DNA from: a bacterium
Lineage (GTDB): Bacteria > 4484-113 > JAFGCY01
Reading direction: 5' to 3'
NCBI GenBank assembly: GCA_020440645.1
Contig: JAGRNR010000007.1
Location: forward strand, 7,366 to 71,365
Length of the DNA stretch: 64,000 nucleotides
In this document: positions 1 through 10,700 of the stretch, piece after piece
How positions within the stretch are numbered: the stretch's first letter is position 1
Layout: each line of letters starts with the position of its first letter
The notes under the pieces: model-generated
Seen by the model: only the letters and a program-made list of their open reading frames with translations
Database searches by the model: none
What the model was told of the DNA's origin: nothing
Program-made: the position numbers and the translations under genes

Positions 1-2650
1 CCGCGTCCGCCTTGAGGCGATTGAGAAGATTCGCCGCAATGACCTGTTTTTCCACGACCTGTTTGAGGATTCCCCACTTGGAATCACAATCCGAGACCAG
101 GATGACAGGCTTCTGGTGTTCAACCATGCCTGGCGCCAGATTTGGAAACTTGATGACGACTACATTGCCCAGCTTATGGGCCGTGGTGCAGGACAGGTGG
201 AGAGCAAGTGGCCCAGTTTTGCGGATTACAGGCAGGAAGACGTTGCTCGGATCCGCGAGATCCAGAGAAACGGTGGTTCATACGTAATTCCCGAGCTGCG
301 TACCCTGAACAGGCCGGAGGGGGCTGCGAAGTGGGTCTCCCAGCAGGTCTACATTTCAAAGGACGGGGATGGCGGGACCTGGCGCCAGATTGGCATCACA
401 GAGGACATCACCGATCGCAAGCAAGCGCAGCAGATGCTTGAGCAATTGGCCAGCAGTCTGAATGCCGCCACCGGACGGGAATTCTTCCGCATCCTGACGC
501 AGCGCCTGTGCCAGTCCCTCGGGGTCAGCCATTCCCTGATCTGCCAGATCAGCAAGGATGACAGGGGGATGGTTGAAACGATTTCCGTCTGCCAGGACGG
601 GACACAGCTTGAGAACATTTCCTATGCACTGGAAGGTACGCCCTGTGCGAGCGTGATCGGCGGCAGACCCTGCCATATCGAGAACGGCGTCCAGCGGCAG
701 TTCCCGCATGATGAACTGCTGCGCCAGATGGGTGTCGATTCCTACATGGGAATACCGCTGAATTCCTCCCAGGGCCAGCCACTCGGCCTGATGGCAATCC
801 TCGGACGTGAGGCGATTGCCAGTCCCGATGTTGCCCGCAACTTCCTCGAGGTGTTCTCGAACCGCGCCGCTGCCGAGCTGGAAAGGCTGCAGGCCGAGCA
901 GGAGCTCAGTGCAAGCGAGGAAAGGTTCCGCATTGCCATGACAATCATGAATGAGGGCATGGTGATGCTGGATGCGGAAGGTCGGATCAGCTATGTGAAC
1001 CAGGTGCTGGCCAGCCTGATCGGCCTTCCGCGCAACCGGCTGGAAGGCCGGCCGGCGGAGGACATCGTCGCGCATGAGAGCCAGGATATATATGCGGAGC
1101 AGAGGGAACGCCGGAGAAGTGGTGGTGCAGGCAACTATGAGGGAATGCTGCTCTGCGCAAATGGTGATTCGATACCCGTCCGTGTCAATGCGACACCACT
1201 CTTTTCCGGCGATGGCGATTTCCTGGGCAGCATTGCGATCGTGACGGACCTCCGCTCGAAGCGCAGGGAGGAGCAGGCTGTCCGTGAGCATCGTGAGGAG
1301 ATGCGGCGCATCACGGCGGAACTTGCACTGTCAGAGGAACGAGAGCGCCGCAGGCTCGCCAGCAGCCTGCATGACGGCATAGGGCACTCGCTGTCCAGTC
1401 TAGCCATGCTGCTGCAGGAACTCAGCAGCAGCTTGCCGGACGGAGGAGGGGCGAAGCTGGAACAGGGCTTGCGTATCACCCGGGAGGCGATCGACTCCTC
1501 ACGGGGGATCGTGTTTGAACTCAGCCCGCCGATGCTGCATGAGATGGGCCTGCTGCCCACGCTGCGCTGGCTTGCGGAACATACTCACAAGACCTACGGC
1601 ATACCTGTCAGTGTGATTGACAACGAAGTCGCCGCTCCGCTGCAGGAGGAGATCAGGATCCTGCTGTTCCAGGCAGTGCGGGAACTGCTGTTCAATGCAG
1701 TGAAGCACTCGAAGGCCTCACACGTCGTCATCACCGTTGACGGGCATGAAAACGGTGTCAGGCTCGGTGTCTCGGACGACGGCGTCGGTTTCGACTTCAA
1801 CGAACTGCTGACAATGCGCAGCCAGACAGGCAGCTACGGCCTGTACAGCATCAATGAGAGGATGAACCATGTGGGAGGCCAGCTAGAGATCAACGCCCGT
1901 CCGGGCCAGGGTGCTTCCTTCTTCCTCAATGCCCCGCTCAGTGCCGCCAACCGGCAGCAGGTGGAGGTTGCCAAGCCGGCCCCGCAGGGTCAGACTGCCG
2001 TAACAGGCACGACCCGTGTGCTGCTTGTCGATGACCAACAGCTGATCCGCCAGGGGGTACGAAGCATCCTGTCACGGGATACGGGAATAGAGGTGGTAGG
2101 AGAAGCCGAAAATGGACGCCATGCGCTGGAGCAGGCACGCCGGCTGCGGCCCGACATAGTGCTGATGGACATCGACATGCCTGAGATGGATGGCATTGCG
2201 GCAACAGCGGAGATCCGCCGGACGATGCCGGAAACCAGGGTGGTTGCCCTGTCAATGCATGAGGACATCCAGGTTGTCGGTGAAATGCTGCAGGCCGGGG
2301 CGCGGGGTTACCTGCTGAAGAACCATGTTGAACATGACCTGGTGAATGCGATCCACTCGGTCAGTGACAACATTTCATTTCTGAGTGCCCAGGTTGCTGA
2401 GCGGGTCGTGAATGACTACATCGCGGAGGCCGCCGGACGCCAGCGGCTGTCCCTCAGTGTTCTCACTGATCGCGAACTGGAGATCCTGCGGATGGTGATG
2501 CGCGGGGAGGCATCCAAGAGCATTGCCATCCAGCTTGACATCAGCATCCGCACGGTGGAGACCCACCGGCGCAACATCATGAAGAAACTCGGTGTGAACA
2601 GCCTGCCTGAATTGATACGGCTGGCGATCCAGGAAGGCATCGAGATTTAG
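1..2650 (+). CDS. Cytoplasmic sensor: PAS-GAF-PAS-HisKA_3/HATPase histidine kinase fused to a complete NarL/LuxR-type response regulator (REC + HTH); 5' end probably outside window
   Basis: The frame is open from nt 2 (RVRLEAIEKIRRNDLFFHDLFEDSPLGITIRDQDDRLLVFNHAW), so PAS-like sequence precedes the GTG at 116. PAC-like GITEDITDRK. H-box ERERRRLASSLHDGIGHSL (HisKA_3 type). ATPase boxes LLFNAVKHS and DDGVGF. REC RVLLVDDQQLIRQG...DIVLMDIDMPEMDG. LuxR HTH LTDRELEILRMVMRGEASKSIAIQLDISIRTVETHRRNIMKKLG. No TM segment seen. Confidence 0.85.
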   Translation, partial: RVRLEAIEKIRRNDLFFHDLFEDSPLGITIRDQDDRLLVFNHAWRQIWKLDDDYIAQLMGRGAGQVESKWPSFADYRQEDVARIREIQRNGGSYVIPELRTLNRPEGAAKWVSQQVYISKDGDGGTWRQIGITEDITDRKQAQQMLEQLASSLNAATGREFFRILTQRLCQSLGVSHSLICQISKDDRGMVETISVCQDGTQLENISYALEGTPCASVIGGRPCHIENGVQRQFPHDELLRQMGVDSYMGIPLNSSQGQPLGLMAILGREAIASPDVARNFLEVFSNRAAAELERLQAEQELSASEERFRIAMTIMNEGMVMLDAEGRISYVNQVLASLIGLPRNRLEGRPAEDIVAHESQDIYAEQRERRRSGGAGNYEGMLLCANGDSIPVRVNATPLFSGDGDFLGSIAIVTDLRSKRREEQAVREHREEMRRITAELALSEERERRRLASSLHDGIGHSLSSLAMLLQELSSSLPDGGGAKLEQGLRITREAIDSSRGIVFELSPPMLHEMGLLPTLRWLAEHTHKTYGIPVSVIDNEVAAPLQEEIRILLFQAVRELLFNAVKHSKASHVVITVDGHENGVRLGVSDDGVGFDFNELLTMRSQTGSYGLYSINERMNHVGGQLEINARPGQGASFFLNAPLSAANRQQVEVAKPAPQGQTAVTGTTRVLLVDDQQLIRQGVRSILSRDTGIEVVGEAENGRHALEQARRLRPDIVLMDIDMPEMDGIAATAEIRRTMPETRVVALSMHEDIQVVGEMLQAGARGYLLKNHVEHDLVNAIHSVSDNISFLSAQVAERVVNDYIAEAAGRQRLSLSVLTDRELEILRMVMRGEASKSIAIQLDISIRTVETHRRNIMKKLGVNSLPELIRLAIQEGIEI

Positions 2651-2965
2651 CAAGGCCATCCTGCAAAGAACCAATCAGCCTTTCTCCGCTTGCCTGAAAC
2701 TACGTACGTAGTTTTGTGAAGGTGCAACCGGGTCAGTTTGACATGCTCGCCGGTCCAGTCTGGCACAGGGCTGGACAGTTCAGTAGTCACATATCGCTCC
2801 AGCTACCGCAACACTTCTTCGTCGGTCTCCCAGTACGGGTAATTCCTGATAACAAACTTTCTGCGCTTGCAGTTCAATAATGCTGCCATGTTCATGGTGG
2901 CGGCGGAACGGAGACCGCCGTCATCAAGCTTTTTGATATTTGAAGTTCGGAAAGGAAACTGCGAC

Positions 2966-5281
2966 ATGCAAGCTGACGACAACAACCAGCAGCTGAGCCC
3001 TCACCATTACCAGCAGATTGCTGAAATGTGCACGGATGTGATCTGGCGTGCAGACCTGCAGGGCAGGCTGCTATACGTCAGCCCTTCAGTGGAACAGGTT
3101 ACGGGCCATAGTGTCGCAGACTGCCTGCAGAAGGGCATATTCGGGCACCTGACTCCGGACTCGCAGGAAAAGGCCCGGCGCGTGCTGGAAGCCGAGATCG
3201 AGCGCGAACTGAGTGGTGCCCCTGACCCGATGCGCCACCGCACGATGGAATTGCAGGAATACCACAATACGGGCAGGCTGCTCAATGTTGAGATCTGCGC
3301 GACATTCGAGCGCGATGAGAACCAGAAACCAATCGGGCTGCTGGGAGTTACCCGGGACATCTCACAGCGCAAGCTGATAGAAAACCTGCTGTTCCAGAGT
3401 GAGCAGCGCTACCGTGAGCAGTTCGAGAAGGTTTACGATGCCTACATGCTGCTTGAGGATGAGATGTTTGTGGACTGCAACGTGGCCTGCCTGAAGATGT
3501 TCGGCATGGCGGAGAAGCAGCAGTTCCTCAACCAGCATCCATCTGACCTTTCGCCTGAGTTCCAGCCCGATGGCCAACGCTCACGCGAAAAGGCCACCCA
3601 GCTGATCCAGGTGGCCCTCGAAACCGGCAATGCGCGATTTGAATGGGTGCACCGTGACCTGCTCGGCCATACCTTTCATTCCGAGGTCCAGCTGACAACA
3701 CTGCGCCAGAGCGGGCGGGTGCGCGTCTTCGCGGTGGTCCGCAATGTCAGTGAGCACAAGGCCGCCCGCGATGGCTACCTGAGGCTGTCGACGGCTATTG
3801 AGCAGACAGCTGAAGCGGTGGTCGTACTCTCGCGCAGCGGGGAAATCGAATACGTCAACCCGGCCTTCACGGAGGTGACGGGAATGGGGCAGGAGGATGC
3901 GCTCGGCAGGCCGCTGAACATGTTCGACGGCGGCCTGCAGGAGCGCAGCGTGATCCAGGAATGCCGTCAGGTTGTCAGGGCCGGCCGGACCTGGCGGGGC
4001 ACCTTCGCCACGCATGACTGCAATGGCAAGCTGCTGGTACTGGACAGCACAGTCAGTCCAGTGCGGGACGCAGAGGGGCGCACAATTAACTTCGTGGCGG
4101 TGATGCGCAACATCACCAGCGAAATGACGCTGCAGAAGCAGCTCAGGCAGGTCCAGCGCCTGGAGGCGATCGGCTCACTGGCCGGCGCGATCTCGCATGA
4201 CTTCAACAACCTGCTGTTCGTGATCACGGGTTCCGTTGCACAACTGATGGAGTGTGAACTGACGCAGGAGCAGCGAGGCAACTGCGAGGACATCAACAGT
4301 GCAGCCCAGCGCTCGAGTGAACTCGTGCGCCAGATCCTGACATTTGCCAGCCGCAGCGAACTGCAGGCGGTTCCGGTGCAGGTCGGTTCGATCGTCAAGG
4401 AGGCCGGCCGCCTGATCCGCAACACCCTGCCGGCTGGTGTGGAAATGCGGATGCACCTGAATGACAACGATGCCTATGTCAAGGCTGATCCGACGAACCT
4501 GCACCAGATCATCATGAACCTGTTCACCAATGCGAGGCACGCCATGCTGGACGGCGGCGGCCTGCTGGAGATCATCCACCGTTCAATCCAGCTGGCCGCA
4601 AGTGAGCGGACGAGCCTGTCGCTGAAGCATCCGGGCAGCTATGTCGAGCTGCTTGTACGGGATGAGGGCTGTGGCATTCCTCCTGAGCTGCACGAACGGA
4701 TCTTCGAGCCGTTCTTCACAACGAAGGACCCCGACAAGGGAACCGGTCTCGGCCTGAGCGTGATCAAGGACATCATTGCAGGCCTCGGCGGATCGATCAC
4801 TGTGCAGTCCCAACCCGGCAGTGGCAGCACATTCAGGGTGCTGATCCCGCAGTGCAACAGTGTTGGCAAGTCCGGCAGCATCCAGAATGGTGAGTTACCC
4901 CGTGGCGATGAAGCCATTTTGCTGGTTGACGACGACAGTGCGATCTGCCGCCTGATGTCACGCATGCTTGATGGGCTCGGTTACACGGTGCATGCCTGCA
5001 GTTCCGCAATTGATGCGCTGGACCGCTTCACGGTCAATCCATTTGCCTATGACCTGCTGATCACTGACATGCACATGCCCCAGCTCAGCGGGGAGCAGCT
5101 GGTGGAGCGCTTCCAGGCAATCCGGCCTGAGCTGCCAGTGATTACGTGCAGCGGATTCAGCAGTGCGCGCTGTGTTGATGGTGAATGTCTGGAGTCCGGA
5201 TTCCTCTGCAAGCCGATTTCAAGACGCGACCTGGCACTGGCCGTGCGGCGGGTGCTTGACGCGACTATGGTGCTGCAATGA
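2966..5281 (+). CDS. Hybrid sensor histidine kinase (3 PAS, HisKA, HATPase, C-terminal REC)
   Basis: ORF 2867..5281. ATG 2966 is preferred because AAGGAA lies 8 nt upstream. PAS/PAC repeats (GVTRDISQRK, VVRNVSEHK, AVMRNITSE). H-box AGAISHDFNNLL. G-boxes DEGCGIP and GTGLGLSV. REC ILLVDDDSAI...DLLITDMHMPQLSG. Confidence 0.85.
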   Translation: MQADDNNQQLSPHHYQQIAEMCTDVIWRADLQGRLLYVSPSVEQVTGHSVADCLQKGIFGHLTPDSQEKARRVLEAEIERELSGAPDPMRHRTMELQEYHNTGRLLNVEICATFERDENQKPIGLLGVTRDISQRKLIENLLFQSEQRYREQFEKVYDAYMLLEDEMFVDCNVACLKMFGMAEKQQFLNQHPSDLSPEFQPDGQRSREKATQLIQVALETGNARFEWVHRDLLGHTFHSEVQLTTLRQSGRVRVFAVVRNVSEHKAARDGYLRLSTAIEQTAEAVVVLSRSGEIEYVNPAFTEVTGMGQEDALGRPLNMFDGGLQERSVIQECRQVVRAGRTWRGTFATHDCNGKLLVLDSTVSPVRDAEGRTINFVAVMRNITSEMTLQKQLRQVQRLEAIGSLAGAISHDFNNLLFVITGSVAQLMECELTQEQRGNCEDINSAAQRSSELVRQILTFASRSELQAVPVQVGSIVKEAGRLIRNTLPAGVEMRMHLNDNDAYVKADPTNLHQIIMNLFTNARHAMLDGGGLLEIIHRSIQLAASERTSLSLKHPGSYVELLVRDEGCGIPPELHERIFEPFFTTKDPDKGTGLGLSVIKDIIAGLGGSITVQSQPGSGSTFRVLIPQCNSVGKSGSIQNGELPRGDEAILLVDDDSAICRLMSRMLDGLGYTVHACSSAIDALDRFTVNPFAYDLLITDMHMPQLSGEQLVERFQAIRPELPVITCSGFSSARCVDGECLESGFLCKPISRRDLALAVRRVLDATMVLQ

Positions 5282-5300
5282 TGAAGGCTCAGTTTGCGGA

Positions 5301-7706
5301 TCAGTCGCCAGTGCTGAACACAAGCACCTCAAAGGGTTCCAATGACAGGGATAGCGTGCCGTTCTCACCGAAGACAAGCTGCCGTATGCGCTGCTCGGCA
5401 AACGGGCAGGTCATCGTCATTATCTGTGCGTCCAGTCCGTTCAGTTCAAACAGCTCAGCCATGTCAAGGTTCACCACGCGCGATTCCGTCGAAGGATTGC
5501 GCAGCGTCAGCACAGCCCCGTCCGGCGACCAGCCGGCCCAGCCGTAGACATTGCCATCCAGCGGATCACCACCGTACCAGTGCACATCGCACATCTCGCG
5601 TGCGTGACGGCGTGACCAGATTGCCGCCTCAGCCAGGTCATCCCAGTTCCGCTCCGTCATCAGCTCGTGAGAGATGTACATCTCCTGCAGGCATGTGCCC
5701 GTTCCGAAGTATGAGCGGATTTCATCCCGCAGGTCGTCCTGCGGGTCCGTGTCGAGGTCACGTGCCACCTTGGCATAGATGATGCCGTGCAGCATCAGTG
5801 AGCTGATCGGGTAAAGCGGGTTACCCTTGGCGATGTTCTGGTAGGTATGGCTGTCGCGGAATGTGATCCATTGCTGGCGCGGGCTGCCTTCACCGGCAAA
5901 CTCGTGGTCCCAGCCGCCGCGGTAGATCGAGTCCGCAATCGGCAGCCAGAAGGGACTCGGCCAGGTGCCGGTTGTCAAATTGACGAACACATCACTGTGG
6001 GCCTGGCGCATCTCACCGACCAAGCTGATCGCCGCGTCGAAGTCACTGTTGAACTGGCTGCCGGCAGGCGCGGAGGTATTGCGCCCGAGCCCGTCCAGCT
6101 TGAACTGGTTGGCATTATAGTCATTGATCATCTGCAGGCAGATGTCGCGGAAGCGCTGGTAGTAGTTGGGGCCGGACAGGGCGAAACCGCCTTCATTGAT
6201 CTCATAGCCCATCCCCTCGCTGGCCGAGATGCGCTGCTGGCGCGGGTCGCCATAGCCACCCCAGGGGCTGAGCCAGACCCCGGTGCCTGCGCCGAAAGCC
6301 TCCGTGGCAGCACCGACATTGCTGAAGCCTTCGGGGAATCCTTCGTGGAAGTCCCACAGGCTGTCGTAGTCATCCCAGCCGTCGTCAAACAGGAAGCTGT
6401 CCAGCTGCACGCCGCGCTTGTCATGCAATTCAGTGGCAAAGACGTTGACAACACCGAGGCAGTCCGCCTCGTCATACTTGTTGAAAAAGCCGATGTCGTA
6501 CCAGGAGTTGTAATGCAGGAAGGGACGGTACGGATGCGCCCGTTCCAGCTCAAGGTAGCGGTTGAAGGCGCGCCGCATCTGGCCCGGTGTTGCCACCCCA
6601 CATACGGCTGACAGCCTGTAGGGCCGGCCCTGTTCAAGCGTCACACCGACCGGCTGGCTGCAGCGCAGCAGCGGGTCCGCAGTGAGGTCGGCCAGCAGGA
6701 TGATGCCGTTGCTGTCGGTGCCGAGGTCGCTGCGCACATTTGCGGCAAGCAACACGGGACCGCCGGAAGGGTCATAACCGCTGACGTCGAAGTTGTATTC
6801 GTTGTCGACGTGAGCTATGCCACTGGCGCCGAAATGCTCATCAGTCGCCAGCACGCGTCCATCCTGTACAAGGCTTGCCGTAGTAATCTCGATGCGATGC
6901 GCGCCTTCTGTGTACTGGAAGCGCAGCATCCAGGGCCCGTCATGGTTGACGGAGTCTCCGAGCTTCCATTCCCGGTCAACGTATTCCGGCCAGCTCATCT
7001 GTTCTGGAGACCACTGTGAGACCTGCACCGGGCTGGCCCCCGCCTGGTTAAGCGCCATCGGATGCTCGATCCCGAGGAAGATGTCGCCGCACAGGGCCGG
7101 GGAGCCGTCCACCATCCCGCCGGCACGCAGTGCCGGGTCAGCGCCGCTGAACCAGACCAGTTCCTCCACTTCCCATGCTGATCCGGGCAGGATCTCCAGC
7201 TGCTGGCGGATGTAATGGGAGTCTGCCAACAGGATTGCAGTGTACTTTGCCTGCAGGTTGAAGTCCGGTGCAGTCATGCTGGCAACGACCTTCATGCCCG
7301 ATAGCCGGGCGGCAAGCCTTGGGGCGACCTTTGAAGGTTGAATGGCCTCAAACTGTGGCGGGCCATCCAGGATGAACTCGGAGCTGGGGATCTCACTGCC
7401 CTCCGGCATGTGTAGGATGAACAGTTCGTGGCCCAGCTCCAGGCTGCTGCCATCGAGCTTGTTCGTGAACACCGGGCTCAACATCTTGTCATTGGACAGG
7501 CGCCACTGCATCTCGAGGCAGGCGTTGCTGATCCGCACGGACTGCTGGTCTGCGCTGATGCTGATGTCGCCGGTGGGGATTACCACATGGGGCAGTGCCG
7601 CCAGTGCTTCCGCCGTGTCATAGGCTGCCTGTGCCGGTCCCTGCATGCCCAGCAGTATTGCACAGGCCAGCAGGCTGGCAAAGAAGTGTCTGTTATCAGT
7701 TGCCAT
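5301..7706 (-). CDS. Secreted glycoside hydrolase, clan GH-D-like (alpha-galactosidase/alpha-N-acetylgalactosaminidase-like) TIM barrel
   Basis: ORF 5301..7742. ATG 7706 is preferred (AGGAGGAAA SD; signal peptide MATDNRHFFASLLACAILLGMQGPAQA). Motifs LHYNSWYD, FLFDDGWDDYDSLWDF, GVWLSPWGGYG and NQFKLDGLG resemble melibiase-type DDGW / K-x-D boxes. The family call is tentative. Confidence 0.6.
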   Translation of the reverse strand: MATDNRHFFASLLACAILLGMQGPAQAAYDTAEALAALPHVVIPTGDISISADQQSVRISNACLEMQWRLSNDKMLSPVFTNKLDGSSLELGHELFILHMPEGSEIPSSEFILDGPPQFEAIQPSKVAPRLAARLSGMKVVASMTAPDFNLQAKYTAILLADSHYIRQQLEILPGSAWEVEELVWFSGADPALRAGGMVDGSPALCGDIFLGIEHPMALNQAGASPVQVSQWSPEQMSWPEYVDREWKLGDSVNHDGPWMLRFQYTEGAHRIEITTASLVQDGRVLATDEHFGASGIAHVDNEYNFDVSGYDPSGGPVLLAANVRSDLGTDSNGIILLADLTADPLLRCSQPVGVTLEQGRPYRLSAVCGVATPGQMRRAFNRYLELERAHPYRPFLHYNSWYDIGFFNKYDEADCLGVVNVFATELHDKRGVQLDSFLFDDGWDDYDSLWDFHEGFPEGFSNVGAATEAFGAGTGVWLSPWGGYGDPRQQRISASEGMGYEINEGGFALSGPNYYQRFRDICLQMINDYNANQFKLDGLGRNTSAPAGSQFNSDFDAAISLVGEMRQAHSDVFVNLTTGTWPSPFWLPIADSIYRGGWDHEFAGEGSPRQQWITFRDSHTYQNIAKGNPLYPISSLMLHGIIYAKVARDLDTDPQDDLRDEIRSYFGTGTCLQEMYISHELMTERNWDDLAEAAIWSRRHAREMCDVHWYGGDPLDGNVYGWAGWSPDGAVLTLRNPSTESRVVNLDMAELFELNGLDAQIMTMTCPFAEQRIRQLVFGENGTLSLSLEPFEVLVFSTGD

Positions 7707-10700
7707 CGGGTGTTTCCTCCTGCACCACCTTGAGCTTGTCAATCACGAGGTCGCTGTCATCATCCGCCGGTTTACGCACTCCTATCCAGGAGCTGCCGTC
7801 ATCCGCCGCGCGGAAGCGGAACAGGATCGGTTGCGGGTCGAGCGCTTGCTTGAGTGGGATCACCACTTCCTTACCGCTGCTGTCGCTGATCACGATCTCA
7901 TGGGTTTCATCCCCGGAAGAGGCGTAATCCAAAGTGACGATGTAACGGTGACCCGGATCAAAGCGCAGGTTCTGCGGAATAGTGCGGTACAGCATGCCGG
8001 GACGGTCGGCATGGCTCTTCAGCGACCAGTTGCCCTCAATCACGTCGTCAATCATGTTGTCGCGCCAGCCACGCTGGGTGAACGGGTCGTGGCGCTCAGA
8101 GAGATGTGTGCGCATATCACTGGCCCCGCCGCAGTCACCACGAACGAAGGGATACCAGCCGCGAACGGTATGCTCAAAGTCCTCGAAGAAGTAAGCACCA
8201 TCGGGCAGGGGAGGGCGCACGGCGGGTACGCACTGCAGGTCGTCGATGAACACCTCGGCATTACCAGCTGCGATATCCAGTACCAGCTGGGGACTTCTAT
8301 GCCGACTGTCGATATCCACAATCAGCTGCATTCGCTGCATCGAGCGGTCATGCTTCGAATCTGCGGCCACATAGTTGATCGCATCGGAATGGTCCAGCCA
8401 GACATGATCAGGGTAGCCGTCTGGCACGGTGCCGCCATCCACTGATATTTCGACAAGGCGGGGTTTCGCTCCCCGTATTTCAATAGCCAGGCTGATCGCA
8501 TAGCTGCCGCTGGACAGCACTGACAATGGTGTCTTTAGAATGTGCTGCTGGCCGGGTGGTAGATGCAGCTCAAAGTCGCCATATTCATTGCGAATCACTT
8601 CCACATTCGGATCATCACTGGCGATCTCCAGGCTTGCAGTCGTGCCCTGGTTGAATCCTGGGTCGTCAAACGCGGACCTTGTGCCGAATTTCTGCACAGT
8701 AAAGAACGGATTGTTGCCAGGCGCGAGGATCGCCAGTTTCCCCGAGTGATGTGGAAACATGGTTCCATCGGCCGGGGCTGCGAGGTTTTCCCTCTTGAAC
8801 ACTTTGTCCGCATCCATTATCTGCGCGGTGAAGCTGCCATCGATTACAAGCGCGGGGTGCGATTGCCAGTCATGCTCAGCTTTACTGCCAGACCAGAGAT
8901 AGTACTTTTCAGGGTTTTCGGGTGGCCAGGGCAGCAGGTAGCTGTCACCATCCAGCACCACGCGGCCATCCTGCGTGATCACGCGCCTGCCATCCACCAG
9001 CTTCGCAACTACATTGCCGCTGAAGAGGATCTCATCCTCGCTCCAGTTCGTTATCTCGAAGTGCTGCAGCCACTTGGTCGGCAGGTTGGCGCGGAAGGTC
9101 GTCTCCAGCATCGCATTGAAGTCACGGCGTCCCTGCCAGCCCTCGTAGCCCATCAGTTCAGTGCCACCCAGCAGCGAGTGGTTGGCCACCCAGTTGTCAC
9201 GCAGGTGGTTGTGGATGAAACGTGCGATATCGCTGTGCAGGCCCTTTAGGTCGGTGCCGCCATAGTTCAGGTCCACTGCCCAGTGGCACCAGGTGCTGTC
9301 CCACTCCAGCGCATTGGGGAACTCCGTTGTCAGTGCCCAGCCCTGGCTGTTTATCTCGCGCGCCACCCGGCGGCTCTCCCAGCCATCCTGGTACCAGACG
9401 TCGAGGTAAATGAACTGCAGGCCCGGCAGTTCGTCGGCAAGATGTTCCAGCCGCCTGAGCCGGTTGCCACTGAGGGCATCGTGCCGCTTGTCAATCACCC
9501 AGGCCTGGTCCAGCCAGCTCCAGCCCTTCTGCTCCAGTGTCAGGTCCTCCGTGAAGGACTTCGCCTCCGGGTAAGCCTCCTGCGCATTGATGTGCACGCC
9601 GAAGTTGGCATTGTAGAGTTGCCCCTGCTCCACGAGGAACTTCAGGTCCTTCAGCCCGCCGGCGCGTTCGTTGTAGTTGCCACCGTAGTCCGGATGGGCA
9701 CTGTCATGCCCTTCGTTCTGGTAGCCCTTCAAGAGCACATGCTGGCCGAGTCCGCCGGTGGCGTTGTAGATCCGCTTCGTTTCATCGAGGGTCTTCAGGA
9801 AGGGGTTCGTGGCCTGGCTGCCGAAGTTGTGCACGATGCGCTGCACCACCTGGTCCTTCACCTGCTCAGCACCGAGCGGGATGTCCATTACACTGCGGTA
9901 GGCGATCGCGCCATCCTGCCAGTCCACCACGTTGTCATCATTCAGGTCAGGCGCAATAACGATCCTGGCCTCAGCCATTGGCTCCAGCTCATCGGAGCCT
10001 TCAGCCCTGAGCAGCCAGTCGCCACTCCAGATGCTGGTGCGCTTGCCTTCGGGATCGGCAACAGTCTGTTTCCAGATCCTTCCGTTCTCACGCTTGGTCG
10101 GTCCATCGGGGAAGTCGTAGACGGAGTTGGTCCAGATACTGCCGCAGAGCTCCCCGTTGCTGAGCATGGCGTACATGTAGCCGTCACGCTCCGCATCGAC
10201 AGGCTCATTGCCATCGAGTGCTAGGTAGGTATCGCCAGTGCCTTCCACCTTCGTGTACATGCTCGCCCCGGCGAACTGCGCATCAGCAGCGCTTTTGCAG
10301 GAGAGCAGGGGAGCATCTCGGAAGGCCAGGCTGTGCACACGGAATTCCCCACGTTCCTGCAATTGGCCGATCTTCAGGTGCAGGGTGCCTCCCCTGAGCT
10401 TGAAACCGACCTGCAGGCTGACCTGCTGCTCAGGCAGGTCGATGGTGTAACTTGCCGTGCCCTCGTGGTGCACGATGCTGACAACCGGTTCAACCGGTTC
10501 GCCGTTGATGAGGAGCGTACCGGGACCATTGATTGCCGCATCAAAGCTGAGGCCGCTGCCCGGGATGTGGTAACTCCGGATTGAAGGGAAGTCCCGGTAC
10601 ATCTCGACTTCCATGACCTGGTCATCAATGATGAAGGTATCCGGATTGGCCTGTGCTGCATTCGGATGGATGATTGCCAGCATGCTGCTGCCGGCAAACA

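Noticed and set aside
356-1291. Long antisense or alternative-frame ORFs throughout the window. Examples: 356..1291(-), 8563..9249(+), 9283..10224(+), 11271..12074(+), 13181..14002(+), 15381..16172(-), 16439..17380(-), 21368..22345(-), 26317..27342(-), 27445..28602(-), 29176..29919(-), 31799..32677(-), 33653..34417(-), 38925..39707(-), 48728..49795(+), 51997..52950(+), 54207..55739(+), 57710..58969(-), 62946..63788(-).
   Set aside because: Each lies opposite or out of frame to an ORF with clear family motifs. Their translations are Arg/Ala/Gly/His/Leu-rich with no motifs, as expected for shadow ORFs in roughly 60% GC DNA.
2867-2965. N-terminal extensions given by the ORF track: 2867, 7742, 17323, 19813, 22450, 24568, 24614, 34347, 36305, 39024, 43159, 46606, 48445, 53700, 55760, 59854 and 63054.
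   Set aside because: In each case an internal ATG, GTG or TTG has a proper SD or a -10-N6 context. It also yields a canonical signal peptide, prepilin leader or family N-terminus. The extended versions add non-conserved, often Arg-rich sequence.
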